Shown here: piece after piece, positions 1 through 7,671 of the stretch
Layout: each line of letters opens with the position of its first letter
Position numbering within the stretch: position 1 is the first letter of the stretch
Origin: an uncultured Candidatus Saccharibacteria bacterium
GTDB taxonomy: Bacteria; Patescibacteriota; Minisyncoccia; RBG-13-40-8-A; JAUWHN01
DNA length: 54,318 bases
Direction: 5' to 3'
NCBI GenBank assembly: GCA_964625995.1
Contig: CAZVDC010000001.1
Span: 1-54,318, forward strand
Made by a program: the position numbers and the translations under genes
The notes under the pieces: model-generated
The model's input: only the letters and a program-made list of their open reading frames with translations
Told to the model about the DNA's origin: nothing
The model's database searches: none

Positions 1-84
1 AAGAAATAAGAAATAAGATACAAACAATGTCTAATGTCTAATGTCTAATTGACCTAATCAAATCCTAATGTCTAATGACTAATG
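1..84. repeat. low-complexity modular tract (A/C-rich AAGAAATAAG.. then TGTCTAA/TGACTAA heptads)
   Basis: AAGAAATAAGAAATAAGATACAAACAA at 1-27. TGTCTAA x3 at 28-48 and TGTCTAA TGACTAA at 69-82. The same module order is seen at 6190-6370 and 15330-15474. Confidence 0.8.
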
Positions 85-110
85 TGTAACGAGGAAAGAC
101 CTCGTTACAT
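85..110. repeat. REP-like palindrome copy (AAAGA orientation)
   Basis: TGTAACGAGG-AAAGA-CCTCGTTACA with perfect 10-bp arms, downstream of cysS. Confidence 0.9.
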
Positions 111-140
111 TATCCAACAATCAAGGAACAATAACCAAAA

Positions 141-150
141 TGTAACGAGG
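141..150. repeat. REP-like half-site
   Basis: TGTAACGAGG without a matching right arm. Confidence 0.6.
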
Positions 151-196
151 AATGTTTTTTGTTAGAAGTCTTCGTTTGTTAGAAAAAATAATTAAT

Positions 197-231
197 AAAA
201 GCCCGCGAGGGTAATTTTCATTGGAGCGGGC
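197..231 (-). terminator. putative intrinsic terminator of cysS
   Basis: GCCCGC (201-206) pairs with GCGGGC (226-231). On the minus strand a T-rich run (complement of 191-200) follows. The loop is long, so support is only moderate. Confidence 0.4.
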
Positions 232-259
232 AGAGAGGATTAAAGTAATATTTTGAATA

Positions 260-1609
260 TTAGATTTTTTTAATCTTTGGGCCTTTATTTGTATCCTCAA
301 CCCAATAACCAAGTTTTTTAATCTTTTCTCGAAGGTTATCAGCTTTTGCCCAGTTTTTCTCTTTTCGGTATTTTTCCCGTTGATTAACTAAAGACAAAAT
401 CTTTTGGGGTATTGTTTCTGGTCCGAGATCAAATACTTCAAAAATCTCATTAATTTCTTTTAGCAATTGATAAGTTTTTTTACCGCCAATATTTTTTTTG
501 TAGCATTGTTTAACAAAAGAAAAGATAACCCCCCATGCTTTAACAGTGTCAAAGTTATCATCCATAGCAGAAATAAATTCTTTCTTGGTTTTTTTAATTA
601 ATTTTAAATCATCTTTTTTGCCGTTTTTAACTTCTTTGATAAAATTATTTAGTCGTTCCAGGCTATTTTTTGTTTTTTCGATTGCCATTTCATTATAATC
701 AAGGGGAGAAGAATAGTGAGCACTGGTCATAAAAAAACGAATTTCCTCAGGTTTATATTTTTTTAAGAGTTGAGGAATTTCAATATAATTTTTTAAAGAT
801 TTTGACATTTTTTGTCCGTTAACTGTTAAAAGGCCCGAGTGGAGCCAGTAACGAACAAATGGTTTTTTTTCAGTAGCTGCCTCTGATTGGGCAATTTCAT
901 TTTCATGATGCGGGAAAATTAGATCTTTAGCTCCGCCATGAATATCAAATTGTTTTCCTAAATATTTTTGGGACATTACTGAACACTCAATGTGCCAACC
1001 AGGCCTTCCTTCACCCCAAGGACTTTTCCAAGATGGCTCATTGTCTTTTTTGAATTTCCAGAGAGCAAAATCACTAACATCTTCTTTTTCATATTTATCA
1101 GTTTGTACTCTAGTGCCAGTTATTTCTTTTTTTAATTTTATTCCAGACAATTTTCCATAATCTTTAAATTTAGACACATCAAAATAAACGCCATCCTCTG
1201 TTACATAGCCGTAACCTTTTTTAACCAGAATGTCTATCATTTTAATTATGTCTCCTATGTGTTCGGTAACCCGAGGATATTTGAAGGCTTTTTTTATTTT
1301 TAAAGAATCAAGGTCTTTTAAAAATAGTTTTGTAAACTTATCTGCTAATCTTTTTATTGTAGTTTTTTGTTTATTTGCTTCTTTTATAATGTCATCATGG
1401 ATATCGGTGATGTTCATAATGAACTTGACCTTATATCCTCGATATTCTAAGTATCTTCTAATTACATCAAATAAAATATAGGTCCTGGCATGACCAATAT
1501 GACTAGGACCATAAACCGTGGGACCGCAAACATACATCCCAATTTTTTTATCCTTAAAGGGTTTAAAAATTTCTTTTTTTCGGGTTAGCGTGTTATAAAC
1601 TTTTATCAT
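260..1609 (-). CDS. cysS: cysteine--tRNA ligase
   Basis: 449-aa ORF with the class I motifs PSHIGHAR (HIGH) and KMSKSLKN (KMSKS), and a WHIECS zinc-site region typical of CysRS. Confidence 0.95.
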   Translation of the reverse strand: MIKVYNTLTRKKEIFKPFKDKKIGMYVCGPTVYGPSHIGHARTYILFDVIRRYLEYRGYKVKFIMNITDIHDDIIKEANKQKTTIKRLADKFTKLFLKDLDSLKIKKAFKYPRVTEHIGDIIKMIDILVKKGYGYVTEDGVYFDVSKFKDYGKLSGIKLKKEITGTRVQTDKYEKEDVSDFALWKFKKDNEPSWKSPWGEGRPGWHIECSVMSQKYLGKQFDIHGGAKDLIFPHHENEIAQSEAATEKKPFVRYWLHSGLLTVNGQKMSKSLKNYIEIPQLLKKYKPEEIRFFMTSAHYSSPLDYNEMAIEKTKNSLERLNNFIKEVKNGKKDDLKLIKKTKKEFISAMDDNFDTVKAWGVIFSFVKQCYKKNIGGKKTYQLLKEINEIFEVFDLGPETIPQKILSLVNQREKYRKEKNWAKADNLREKIKKLGYWVEDTNKGPKIKKI

Positions 1610-1616
1610 ATTTTTT

Positions 1617-1625
1617 AGTATAGCA
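1617..1625 (-). promoter_or_regulatory. extended -10 promoter of cysS (TGCTATACT), leaderless geometry
   Basis: The minus strand reads TGCTATACT-AAAAAAT-ATG, with only 7 nt between the -10 and the start codon and no SD. Confidence 0.5.
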
Positions 1626-1653
1626 TAATTTAAATATCATAACAAAAAGCTTA

Positions 1654-1680
1654 ATGTAACGAGGAAAGACCTCGTTACAT
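1654..1680. repeat. REP-like palindrome copy (AAAGA orientation)
   Basis: ATGTAACGAGG-AAAGA-CCTCGTTACAT between the divergent genes cysS and hrcA. Confidence 0.9.
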
Positions 1681-1701
1681 TTTGGTTTTAGAGCTTTACT
1701 C

Positions 1702-1730
1702 TTGACATCGTATTTTAGGGTGATTATAAT
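1702..1730 (+). promoter_or_regulatory. sigma70-type promoter of hrcA operon
   Basis: TTGACA (1702-1707), 17-nt spacer, TATAAT (1725-1730). Both hexamers match consensus. Confidence 0.7.
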
Positions 1731-1734
1731 AAAA

Positions 1735-1761
1735 TTAGCAGTCAAGACAATAGAGTGCTAA
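1735..1761 (+). promoter_or_regulatory. CIRCE operator (HrcA binding site)
   Basis: TTAGCAGTC-N9-GAGTGCTAA differs by 1 mismatch from the consensus TTAGCACTC-N9-GAGTGCTAA. It overlaps the predicted start site directly upstream of hrcA. Confidence 0.85.
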
Positions 1762-1777
1762 TAATAGCAATATAAAT

Positions 1778-2503
1778 ATGACTGAGAGACAACAACAAAT
1801 TTTAAAGGCAATTATTCAGAAGTATATAAATACAGCTCAGGCAGTAAGCTCTGAAGCTGTGGTTTCGCATTATGGTTTAAATATTAGTCCGGCTACTGCA
1901 AGAAATGAAATGAAAGAGTTAGAAGAAAAAGGGTATCTATATCAACCTCATACCTCTGCTGGACGAATTCCTACAGAGAAAGCTTACCATTTTTATATTA
2001 AAAATCTCCAGGAGATTAATAGAAATCTTGCGGGCAGAAAAAGGAGGAAAAATTTAACAGAAATCATTTCTTCCTTGGAAGATAAAGATCTTTCGGATGC
2101 CCTGAGAGAAATAACCCATTTTTTAGCTGAAGAGTCAGAGAATTTAGCGTTTGGAGGAATAAAAGAGTTGAGAGAATTTCATTGTGCTGGTCTTTCTAAT
2201 TTATTAAAAGAACCCGAATTTAGAGATACAGAGATTTTAACGAGTGTAGTAAGGTTAGTGGAACAGGTAGATAGATATATGGAAAAAATATTCAGTGCAA
2301 TTCCTTTTCAAGAAACAAGGATTTTTATTGGTAAACAAAATCCTTTAGCAAAATTTAAGCAGACAAGTTTAATAGTAACAGCTTGTCGGTTGCCCCGAAA
2401 AAAGCATGGGCTTTTAGCTATTTTAGGACCAACCAGAATGCGTTATGAGTTGAATGTAGGTCTTCTTAATCAAGTAAAAGATTATATAGAAGAATTATGG
2501 TAG
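1778..2503 (+). CDS. hrcA: heat-inducible transcription repressor HrcA (short form)
   Basis: N-terminal wHTH with ARNEMKELEEKGYL..PHTSAGRIPT. It sits behind CIRCE and ahead of grpE. It is only 241 aa. Confidence 0.85.
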   Translation: MTERQQQILKAIIQKYINTAQAVSSEAVVSHYGLNISPATARNEMKELEEKGYLYQPHTSAGRIPTEKAYHFYIKNLQEINRNLAGRKRRKNLTEIISSLEDKDLSDALREITHFLAEESENLAFGGIKELREFHCAGLSNLLKEPEFRDTEILTSVVRLVEQVDRYMEKIFSAIPFQETRIFIGKQNPLAKFKQTSLIVTACRLPRKKHGLLAILGPTRMRYELNVGLLNQVKDYIEELW

Positions 2504-3021
2504 CAGATAAAAATAAAGAAAAAAAACAAAAAGAAATAGAATATATTAAAGAAGAGAACGAAGAACGGGGTGATTTAATGAAAAAAATTAAAAGACTCAA
2601 GGAAAAACTCAAGCTTTGTCAAAAAGAAAAAAACGAGTATTTAGAAGGATGGCAAAGAGCTAAAGCGGATTTAATAAATTTTAAAAAAGAGCAAGAGAGA
2701 CGAATAGCAGATTATTACAAATTTGCCAATGAAAATTTGATTTTAGAAATTTTACCAGTTTTAGATAGTTTTGAAGAGGCTTTAAAACACAGTAAGGACG
2801 AAGGGCTTTTTCAAATTTATAATCAACTAAAAAGTATTTTAAAAACCAATGGTTTGGAAGAAATTAAGGCATTAGGAGAACGATTTAATCCAGAGTTTCA
2901 CGAAGCTGTTGGAGAAGTTAAGTCAAACAAGGCAGAAGGAACAATAATAGAAGAAATTCAAAAAGGTTATAAGTTTCATGGTAAAGTAATCCGTCCAAGC
3001 CGTGTTAAAGTAGCTAAATAA
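2497..3021 (+). CDS. grpE: nucleotide exchange factor GrpE
   Basis: Charged coiled-coil N-terminus, a DNF/DSFE-type motif (LPVLDSFEEAL) and a C-terminal beta domain. The start overlaps the hrcA stop (ATGGTAG). Confidence 0.9.
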   Translation: MVADKNKEKKQKEIEYIKEENEERGDLMKKIKRLKEKLKLCQKEKNEYLEGWQRAKADLINFKKEQERRIADYYKFANENLILEILPVLDSFEEALKHSKDEGLFQIYNQLKSILKTNGLEEIKALGERFNPEFHEAVGEVKSNKAEGTIIEEIQKGYKFHGKVIRPSRVKVAK

Positions 3022-3100
3022 TTGGTTTTAATATTCTTTATTTTTGACTCAACGGGTTTTATAAAACAGTAATTTTTCAATAATAAATAATTAACAAACA

Positions 3101-3160
3101 AAATCCCAGATTCCAAGTACCAAATATAGTTTGGGATTTGGTGCTTGGTGACTGGGATTT
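3101..3160 (+). promoter_or_regulatory. long imperfect inverted repeat upstream of hsp20
   Basis: AAATCCCAGATTCCAAGTACCAAA (3101-3124) pairs with TTTGGTGCTTGGTGACTGGGATTT (3137-3160) at 20 of 24 positions. It ends 11 nt before the ATG at 3172. Confidence 0.6.
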
Positions 3161-3171
3161 GTAAAAATCAT

Positions 3172-3606
3172 ATGGCTTTAATAAAATGGACTCCTTTTGA
3201 AGAGCTTGACAGATTTTTTGAGGATGAATTTGTTCCAATGATTCCCACAATGAAAATGAGAGAATTTCGACCAGAGGTAGATATCTATCAAGATAAAGAT
3301 AATGTTGTGGTGGAAATGCCCTTGGCAGGGGTAGACCCTAAAAAAATAGACATTTCTGTGGAAGACAATGTTTTAACTGTCAAGGGGTCTGTGGATGAAA
3401 AGAAAGAAGTAAAAGAAAAAGACTTTTATCGAAAAGAGATTCGTCGAGGAACATTCGAAAGAAGTTTAACCCTGCCAGTTGAGGTTAAGGGAGAAAAAGC
3501 TCAGGCAGAGTTTGAAGGAGGAATGTTAAAGATTGTTCTTCCTAAAAAAGCAGTGGTTAAAAAGAAAAAGGTAACTGTCAAGGTCAAGAATAAAAAAGCG
3601 AAATAA
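3172..3606 (+). CDS. small heat-shock protein, Hsp20/alpha-crystallin family
   Basis: The alpha-crystallin domain pattern (PEVDIYQDKDNVVVEMPLAGV..GMLKIVLPK) is present. The ATG at 3172 is preferred over the TTG at 3145, which lies inside the hairpin. Confidence 0.85.
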   Translation: MALIKWTPFEELDRFFEDEFVPMIPTMKMREFRPEVDIYQDKDNVVVEMPLAGVDPKKIDISVEDNVLTVKGSVDEKKEVKEKDFYRKEIRRGTFERSLTLPVEVKGEKAQAEFEGGMLKIVLPKKAVVKKKKVTVKVKNKKAK

Positions 3607-3632
3607 GTGTAGCATTAATGAATAGCGAATTC

Positions 3633-3689
3633 ATTACGAATTTACGAATATACGAATATATATTCGTATATTCGTGTTAAATTCGTAAT
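3633..3689 (+). promoter_or_regulatory. 57-nt CGAAT/ATTCG-based palindrome upstream of dnaK
   Basis: ATTACGAATTTACGAATATACGAATAT pairs with ATATTCGTATATTCGTGTTAAATTCGTAAT. The stem is about 24 bp with a 3-nt bulge and ends 11 nt before the dnaK ATG. Confidence 0.6.
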
Positions 3690-3700
3690 TTGTAGAAATT

Positions 3701-5629
3701 ATGAAGATTTTAGGAATTGATTTAGGAACAACTAACTCAGCTATGGCTATAGTTGAGGGAGGAGAACCTCGTATTATTGAAAACAAAGAAGGGAACAGAA
3801 CCACTCCTTCGGTTGTTGCTATTACCAAAACAGGTGAACGGTTAGTGGGTCTTTTAGCAAAGCGTCAATCAATCACTAATCCCAAGAATACAATTTTTTC
3901 TGTTAAACGACTTATTGGTCGGAGATTTTCTGACCCAGAAGTTCAGAAAGATATAAAACTTCTTCCTTATGAGATAAGAGAAGCAAAGGATGGAGGGGTA
4001 GAGATAAAAATGGGGGACAAGTGGTATAGGCCCGCAGAAATATCAGCCATGATTCTTCAAAAACTTAAACAGGATGCCGAAGATAGACTAGGAGAGAAAA
4101 TTGAAGAGGCAGTAATTACTGTTCCAGCTTATTTTGACGATTCTCAAAGAAAAGCAACTAAGGATGCGGGCGAAATAGCAGGATTAAAGGTAAAAAGAAT
4201 TATTAATGAGCCCACTGCTGCAGCTTTGGCTTATGGATTTAATAAGAAAAAAGACGAACAAATTGTAGTGTTTGATTTTGGTGGAGGAACTTTTGATATA
4301 TCTGTTTTAGAAGTTTCGGAAGACACAATAGAAGTAAAGGCAACTGGAGGAGACACTCATTTAGGTGGAGATGATTTTGACCAGAAAATAATTGATTGGT
4401 TAGTTGAGGAGTTTAAAAAAGAGCAAGGAATTGACTTGACAAAAGACCAGTTGGCACTTCAAAGATTAAAAGATGCAGCTGAGAAAGCTAAACATGAGCT
4501 TTCTTCTACTCTAGAAACCGAAATTAATATTCCTTTTATTACATCTGATGCGAATGGTCCTAAACATTTAAGCATAAAATTAACAAGGGCTAAACTAGAA
4601 AATTTGGTAAAAGAATATATTGATAAGTCAATTGAGATTACTAAACAAATTGTAAAAGAATCTGGATTTAAAATCTCTGACATTGATGAAATAATTTTAG
4701 TTGGTGGGCAAACCAGAATGCCAGCAATCCAGGAAGCTGTTAAAAATTTATTTGGTAAAGAACCTCATAAGGATATTAATCCTGATGAGGTAGTAGCTAT
4801 TGGGGCAGCGGTTCAGGCAGGTATATTTCAAGGAGATGTAAAAGATGTTTTGTTGCTGGATGTTACTCCTTTGTCTTTAGGGATTGAAACTTTAGGGGGA
4901 GTAATGACTAAAATAATAGAAAAAAATACCACAATACCTGTTTCAAGGTCTCAAATTTTTTCTACAGCAGCCGATAATCAAACATCAGTTGAAATTCATG
5001 TTTTACAAGGAGAACGTCCTATGGCTGCTGATAACAAAACTTTAGGAAGGTTTATACTAGAGGGTATTCCACCTGCTCCTCGGGGCGTTCCCCAAATTGA
5101 AGTTACTTTTGACATAGATGCTAATGGAATTTTAAAGGTTTCAGCCAAAGATAAAGCAACTGGAAAAGAACAGTCAATAAGGATAGAAGGTTCTTCGGGT
5201 TTAACAAAGGAAGAGATTGAAAGAATGAAAAAAGAAGCGGAGCTTCATGCTGAAGAAGATAGAAAAAAGAAAGAACTTGTTGATGTTAAAAATACAGCTG
5301 ATACACTTTTATACAGCGCTGAAAAAGCTCTTCGTGACTTTGGAGATAAAATAAGTCCTGAGATAAAAAGAGAGATTGAAGATAAAATTGAAAAGTTAAA
5401 AAAAGCCAAAGACAGAGAGGATATAGAAGAAATCAAACAAGCAACAGGAGATCTTTCTCAGACAATTCAAAAAGTAGGAACTGAATTTTATCAGGCCCAA
5501 CAAAAAACTCAGCAACAGGATGAGAAATTTAAGGATATAGAAACTCCTGAAGAAACAGACCAAGAAAATATTGAAGAGGGCGAGATAGAGGAAGATGATA
5601 AAAATAAAAATGGTGAAGAGAAGGATTAG
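3701..5629 (+). CDS. dnaK: molecular chaperone DnaK (Hsp70)
   Basis: [17 protein letters not shown] and the full Hsp70 layout are present. The C-terminal tail is acidic. Confidence 0.97.
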   Translation: MKILGIDLGTTNSAMAIVEGGEPRIIENKEGNRTTPSVVAITKTGERLVGLLAKRQSITNPKNTIFSVKRLIGRRFSDPEVQKDIKLLPYEIREAKDGGVEIKMGDKWYRPAEISAMILQKLKQDAEDRLGEKIEEAVITVPAYFDDSQRKATKDAGEIAGLKVKRIINEPTAAALAYGFNKKKDEQIVVFDFGGGTFDISVLEVSEDTIEVKATGGDTHLGGDDFDQKIIDWLVEEFKKEQGIDLTKDQLALQRLKDAAEKAKHELSSTLETEINIPFITSDANGPKHLSIKLTRAKLENLVKEYIDKSIEITKQIVKESGFKISDIDEIILVGGQTRMPAIQEAVKNLFGKEPHKDINPDEVVAIGAAVQAGIFQGDVKDVLLLDVTPLSLGIETLGGVMTKIIEKNTTIPVSRSQIFSTAADNQTSVEIHVLQGERPMAADNKTLGRFILEGIPPAPRGVPQIEVTFDIDANGILKVSAKDKATGKEQSIRIEGSSGLTKEEIERMKKEAELHAEEDRKKKELVDVKNTADTLLYSAEKALRDFGDKISPEIKREIEDKIEKLKKAKDREDIEEIKQATGDLSQTIQKVGTEFYQAQQKTQQQDEKFKDIETPEETDQENIEEGEIEEDDKNKNGEEKD

Positions 5630-5654
5630 TAAATTATCAATCATTTAATTTAAA

Positions 5655-5682
5655 AAGAGTCATCTTATACAAGATGACTCTT
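5655..5682. terminator. bidirectional intrinsic terminator
   Basis: AAGAGTCATCTT-ATAC-AAGATGACTCTT with A-rich and T-rich flanks, between the convergent genes dnaK and 5694..6101. Confidence 0.7.
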
Positions 5683-5693
5683 GGTTTATTAAA

Positions 5694-6101
5694 TTAAAAA
5701 ATATGCCAGAGATAGAGGTTTAAAGAAGAGAGCAGAACCCCTATTCCGATAGTTAAATTTTTAATCCTTTTGTAGCGCCTTCTTGTTTTAGGTTTTTTTG
5801 AAAAAACTTCTTTTTTCTTGCTCCAAAATATTAAAGAGACGTCAGCTAGTAGAATCAGCCAAACAATAAAGATATTAGACAAGAAATGGTCTCTATTAAG
5901 AATTCCAACATTTTTTTGATTAATTACCCGAAAAGAATAAAGTTGTATAGTTTTTAAGTTGAAAGAATTTGTAAAAATACCTCCCATAAGAAGTATAAAA
6001 TCACCAAATAAGGCAAGTCCTATAATCAGCACAATAAAAAGAGAATAAGGTTTGCCAATAAATAAATTTTCTAAATATCTTTTTTCTCTTTTTCTTATCA
6101 T
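5694..6101 (-). CDS. hypothetical membrane protein
   Basis: 135 aa with 3-4 hydrophobic segments. A strong SD (AAGGGGGTAA) lies directly upstream of the ATG. Confidence 0.55.
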   Translation of the reverse strand: MIRKREKRYLENLFIGKPYSLFIVLIIGLALFGDFILLMGGIFTNSFNLKTIQLYSFRVINQKNVGILNRDHFLSNIFIVWLILLADVSLIFWSKKKEVFSKKPKTRRRYKRIKNLTIGIGVLLSSLNLYLWHIF

Positions 6102-6167
6102 TTTACCCCCTTATTATTTATTAGATGTTTTTATTTTTTCAATTTTTAAGGTACAATTACTTTAGAG

Positions 6168-6176
6168 AGGATAGCA
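6168..6176 (-). promoter_or_regulatory. extended -10 promoter (TGCTATCCT)
   Basis: The minus strand reads ATTATGCTATCCT about 60 nt upstream of the ATG at 6101. It shares the ATGCTAT core with three other promoters. Confidence 0.45.
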
Positions 6177-6189
6177 TAATGCTTGAAGA

Positions 6190-6370
6190 AAAGCAAGAAC
6201 CAAACACCGAAAACCAAACAAACAATGTTTAATTATTCTAATTTCTAATTAACCTAATCAATTCTTAATGTCTAATGTCTAATGTCTAATGACTAATTAT
6301 AATTTTTAATTTTTAAACAATTCTTTAATTCTTTTAATTCTCTAATTCTTTAATAATCTCAATAACTAAT
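6190..6370. repeat. low-complexity modular tract (A/C-rich, CTAAT heptads, AATTCTTTAATT runs)
   Basis: TGTCTAA x3 plus TGACTAA at 6269-6296, and AATTCTTTAATT-type runs at 6319-6358. Module order matches 15330-15474. Confidence 0.8.
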
Positions 6371-6463
6371 TGTGACGAGGTCTTTTCACCCTACGGGTGG
6401 TCATCATAGTGACCACCCTACGGGTGACCACCCGAAGGGTGGCCTCGTCACATCCTTGTCACA
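6371..6463. repeat. expanded REP-like palindrome with nested GC-rich hairpins plus extra half-site
   Basis: Arms TGTGACGAGG (6371-6380) and CCTCGTCACA (6443-6452) flank TCTTT plus CACCC-TAC-GGGTG (6387-6399, 6414-6426) and CCACCC-GAA-GGGTGG (6428-6442). A degenerate arm CCTTGTCACA lies at 6454-6463. Confidence 0.85.
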
Positions 6464-6529
6464 TTGAAAATCTGTAGATTTAGACATTTCGTTTATTTCA
6501 TTGTGTTTATATAGTTAGAGACGTTAAAT

Positions 6530-6538
6530 TGTTAAACT
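6530..6538 (+). promoter_or_regulatory. extended -10 promoter (TGTTAAACT)
   Basis: TGtTAAACT lies about 22 nt upstream of the ATG at 6561. Confidence 0.35.
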
Positions 6539-6560
6539 ATTTTAAATCTAAAACACTAAA

Positions 6561-7646
6561 ATGACCAGAGAACAAAAACAGTATATTTTAGGGGCCAAGC
6601 TTGTTGCTTATGGTTTATTAAGTTGGGCTTTCTTGTATTTAACTTTGTATAAAAATAAAGGATTGTTGTTTATTGTTTTAACCGCTGCAAGTTTATTAAT
6701 ATGGGGAATACTTGTTGCTTTAAATTCTTTTTTAGTTGAGAAAAAATCTATATTATACTCTAGTTTTGCTTTGAGTTTATTAGGTTTTTTTATTTTTTTC
6801 CGAGGAACAGAAATAGGATTAGGAGAAATTAGATTGGGCTTTTATTATTTTATTGTTATCTTAGCAATCTTTTTTGCTTTAATATTATACCGAAGAGGAG
6901 TGATTTATGAAAAAGAAACAAAAACAAAAATAAACTTTTTCTGGTGTTTTAAAAAAAGATTAGCCTTAGTTTTTACCTTGATTTGTTTTCTTATTGCTTT
7001 AGCTTATTATTTTTCTCCATTTCTTTTAACAAACAATACCCATACAGAAATAAAGTTGCCTCAAAAAATGTTTAATATATTACTCAAACCTTTGACCGGC
7101 TTAATAGAGAGTCGATTACCTTTATATAGACCAGAGATGACAGTTGATGAAATGCTAACAATGTTTTCTTTGTCTGAGACAGGATTATTAACACCAGAGG
7201 AATCGCCAGAGATTTATAGAATAATTCAATCAAAAGGACTTTCTGTTACAACTGCTGATCTGGATAAATTATTAGAAGATCCAGAAATAAACAACTTAAT
7301 TTATGAAGAAATAAAAGAGCGGACCAAAAAACTTAGCCAGACAGAGCGGTTAAAGCAGAGAAAAGAGTATTCAGAGAAATTAGGTATTGACATAGAAGGA
7401 AATGAAACCTTGAATGTTTTGTTGTACAAATTAGCAAATTCTCAACTTAATAATATTAGTACTAAGTATAAAAGATATATTCCCATTACTTTAGCAGTAG
7501 GTTTGTTTTTTGTTTTACGACTTCTGAGTCTTTTCTTAGTTCCATTAATTGCTTTAATAAGCTGGCTAATAATTAAAGCTTTGATTCTAGTTAAATTTGT
7601 AAGAGTTTCTGTAAAGAAGATAGATATGGAATGTATTGAATTGTAA
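6561..7646 (+). CDS. hypothetical polytopic membrane protein
   Basis: 361 aa with several N-terminal TM segments, a charged central region and a C-terminal TM hairpin. I recognise no family. Confidence 0.55.
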   Translation: MTREQKQYILGAKLVAYGLLSWAFLYLTLYKNKGLLFIVLTAASLLIWGILVALNSFLVEKKSILYSSFALSLLGFFIFFRGTEIGLGEIRLGFYYFIVILAIFFALILYRRGVIYEKETKTKINFFWCFKKRLALVFTLICFLIALAYYFSPFLLTNNTHTEIKLPQKMFNILLKPLTGLIESRLPLYRPEMTVDEMLTMFSLSETGLLTPEESPEIYRIIQSKGLSVTTADLDKLLEDPEINNLIYEEIKERTKKLSQTERLKQRKEYSEKLGIDIEGNETLNVLLYKLANSQLNNISTKYKRYIPITLAVGLFFVLRLLSLFLVPLIALISWLIIKALILVKFVRVSVKKIDMECIEL

Positions 7647-7647
7647 A

Positions 7648-7671
7648 AAAAGACCCTTATTAAGGGTCTTT
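7648..7671. terminator. bidirectional hairpin between convergent genes
   Basis: AAAGACCCTTA-T-TAAGGGTCTTT is a near-perfect palindrome. It overlaps the stop codon of the HD gene. Confidence 0.55.

Noticed and set aside
1230-1481. Antisense or shadow ORFs listed in the six-frame track. Examples are 121-312, 1230-1481, 3634-3828, 4459-4683, 5245-5644, 9306-9873, 9994-10230, 10700-11038, 12995-13261, 13319-13570, 14215-14424, 15600-15848, 16014-16229, 18186-18377, 21554-22228, 23170-23367, 25406-25660, 27525-27800, 28318-28560, 36512-36706, 39852-40049, 43076-43381, 45195-45570, 46786-47055, 48732-49064, 49300-49893, 50383-50589, 51763-51963 and 53805-54092.
   Set aside because: Each lies inside, and antisense to or out of frame with, a long ORF that has clear family motifs. 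Their translations are low-complexity (F/L/S/I-rich), as expected when reading AT-rich coding DNA in the wrong frame. None has an SD or promoter.
3145-3171. N-terminally extended ORF starts given by the track: TTG at 3145 for hsp20, TTG at 10575 for GT2, ATG at 13268 for pyrG, 15646 for the secreted protein, and TTG at 44390 for aspS.
   Set aside because: The extensions add non-conserved residues ahead of canonical N-termini. They overlap hairpins or terminators (3145, 13268) or promoters (44390), or they skip an obvious SD-ATG pair (15685). The downstream ATGs are preferred.
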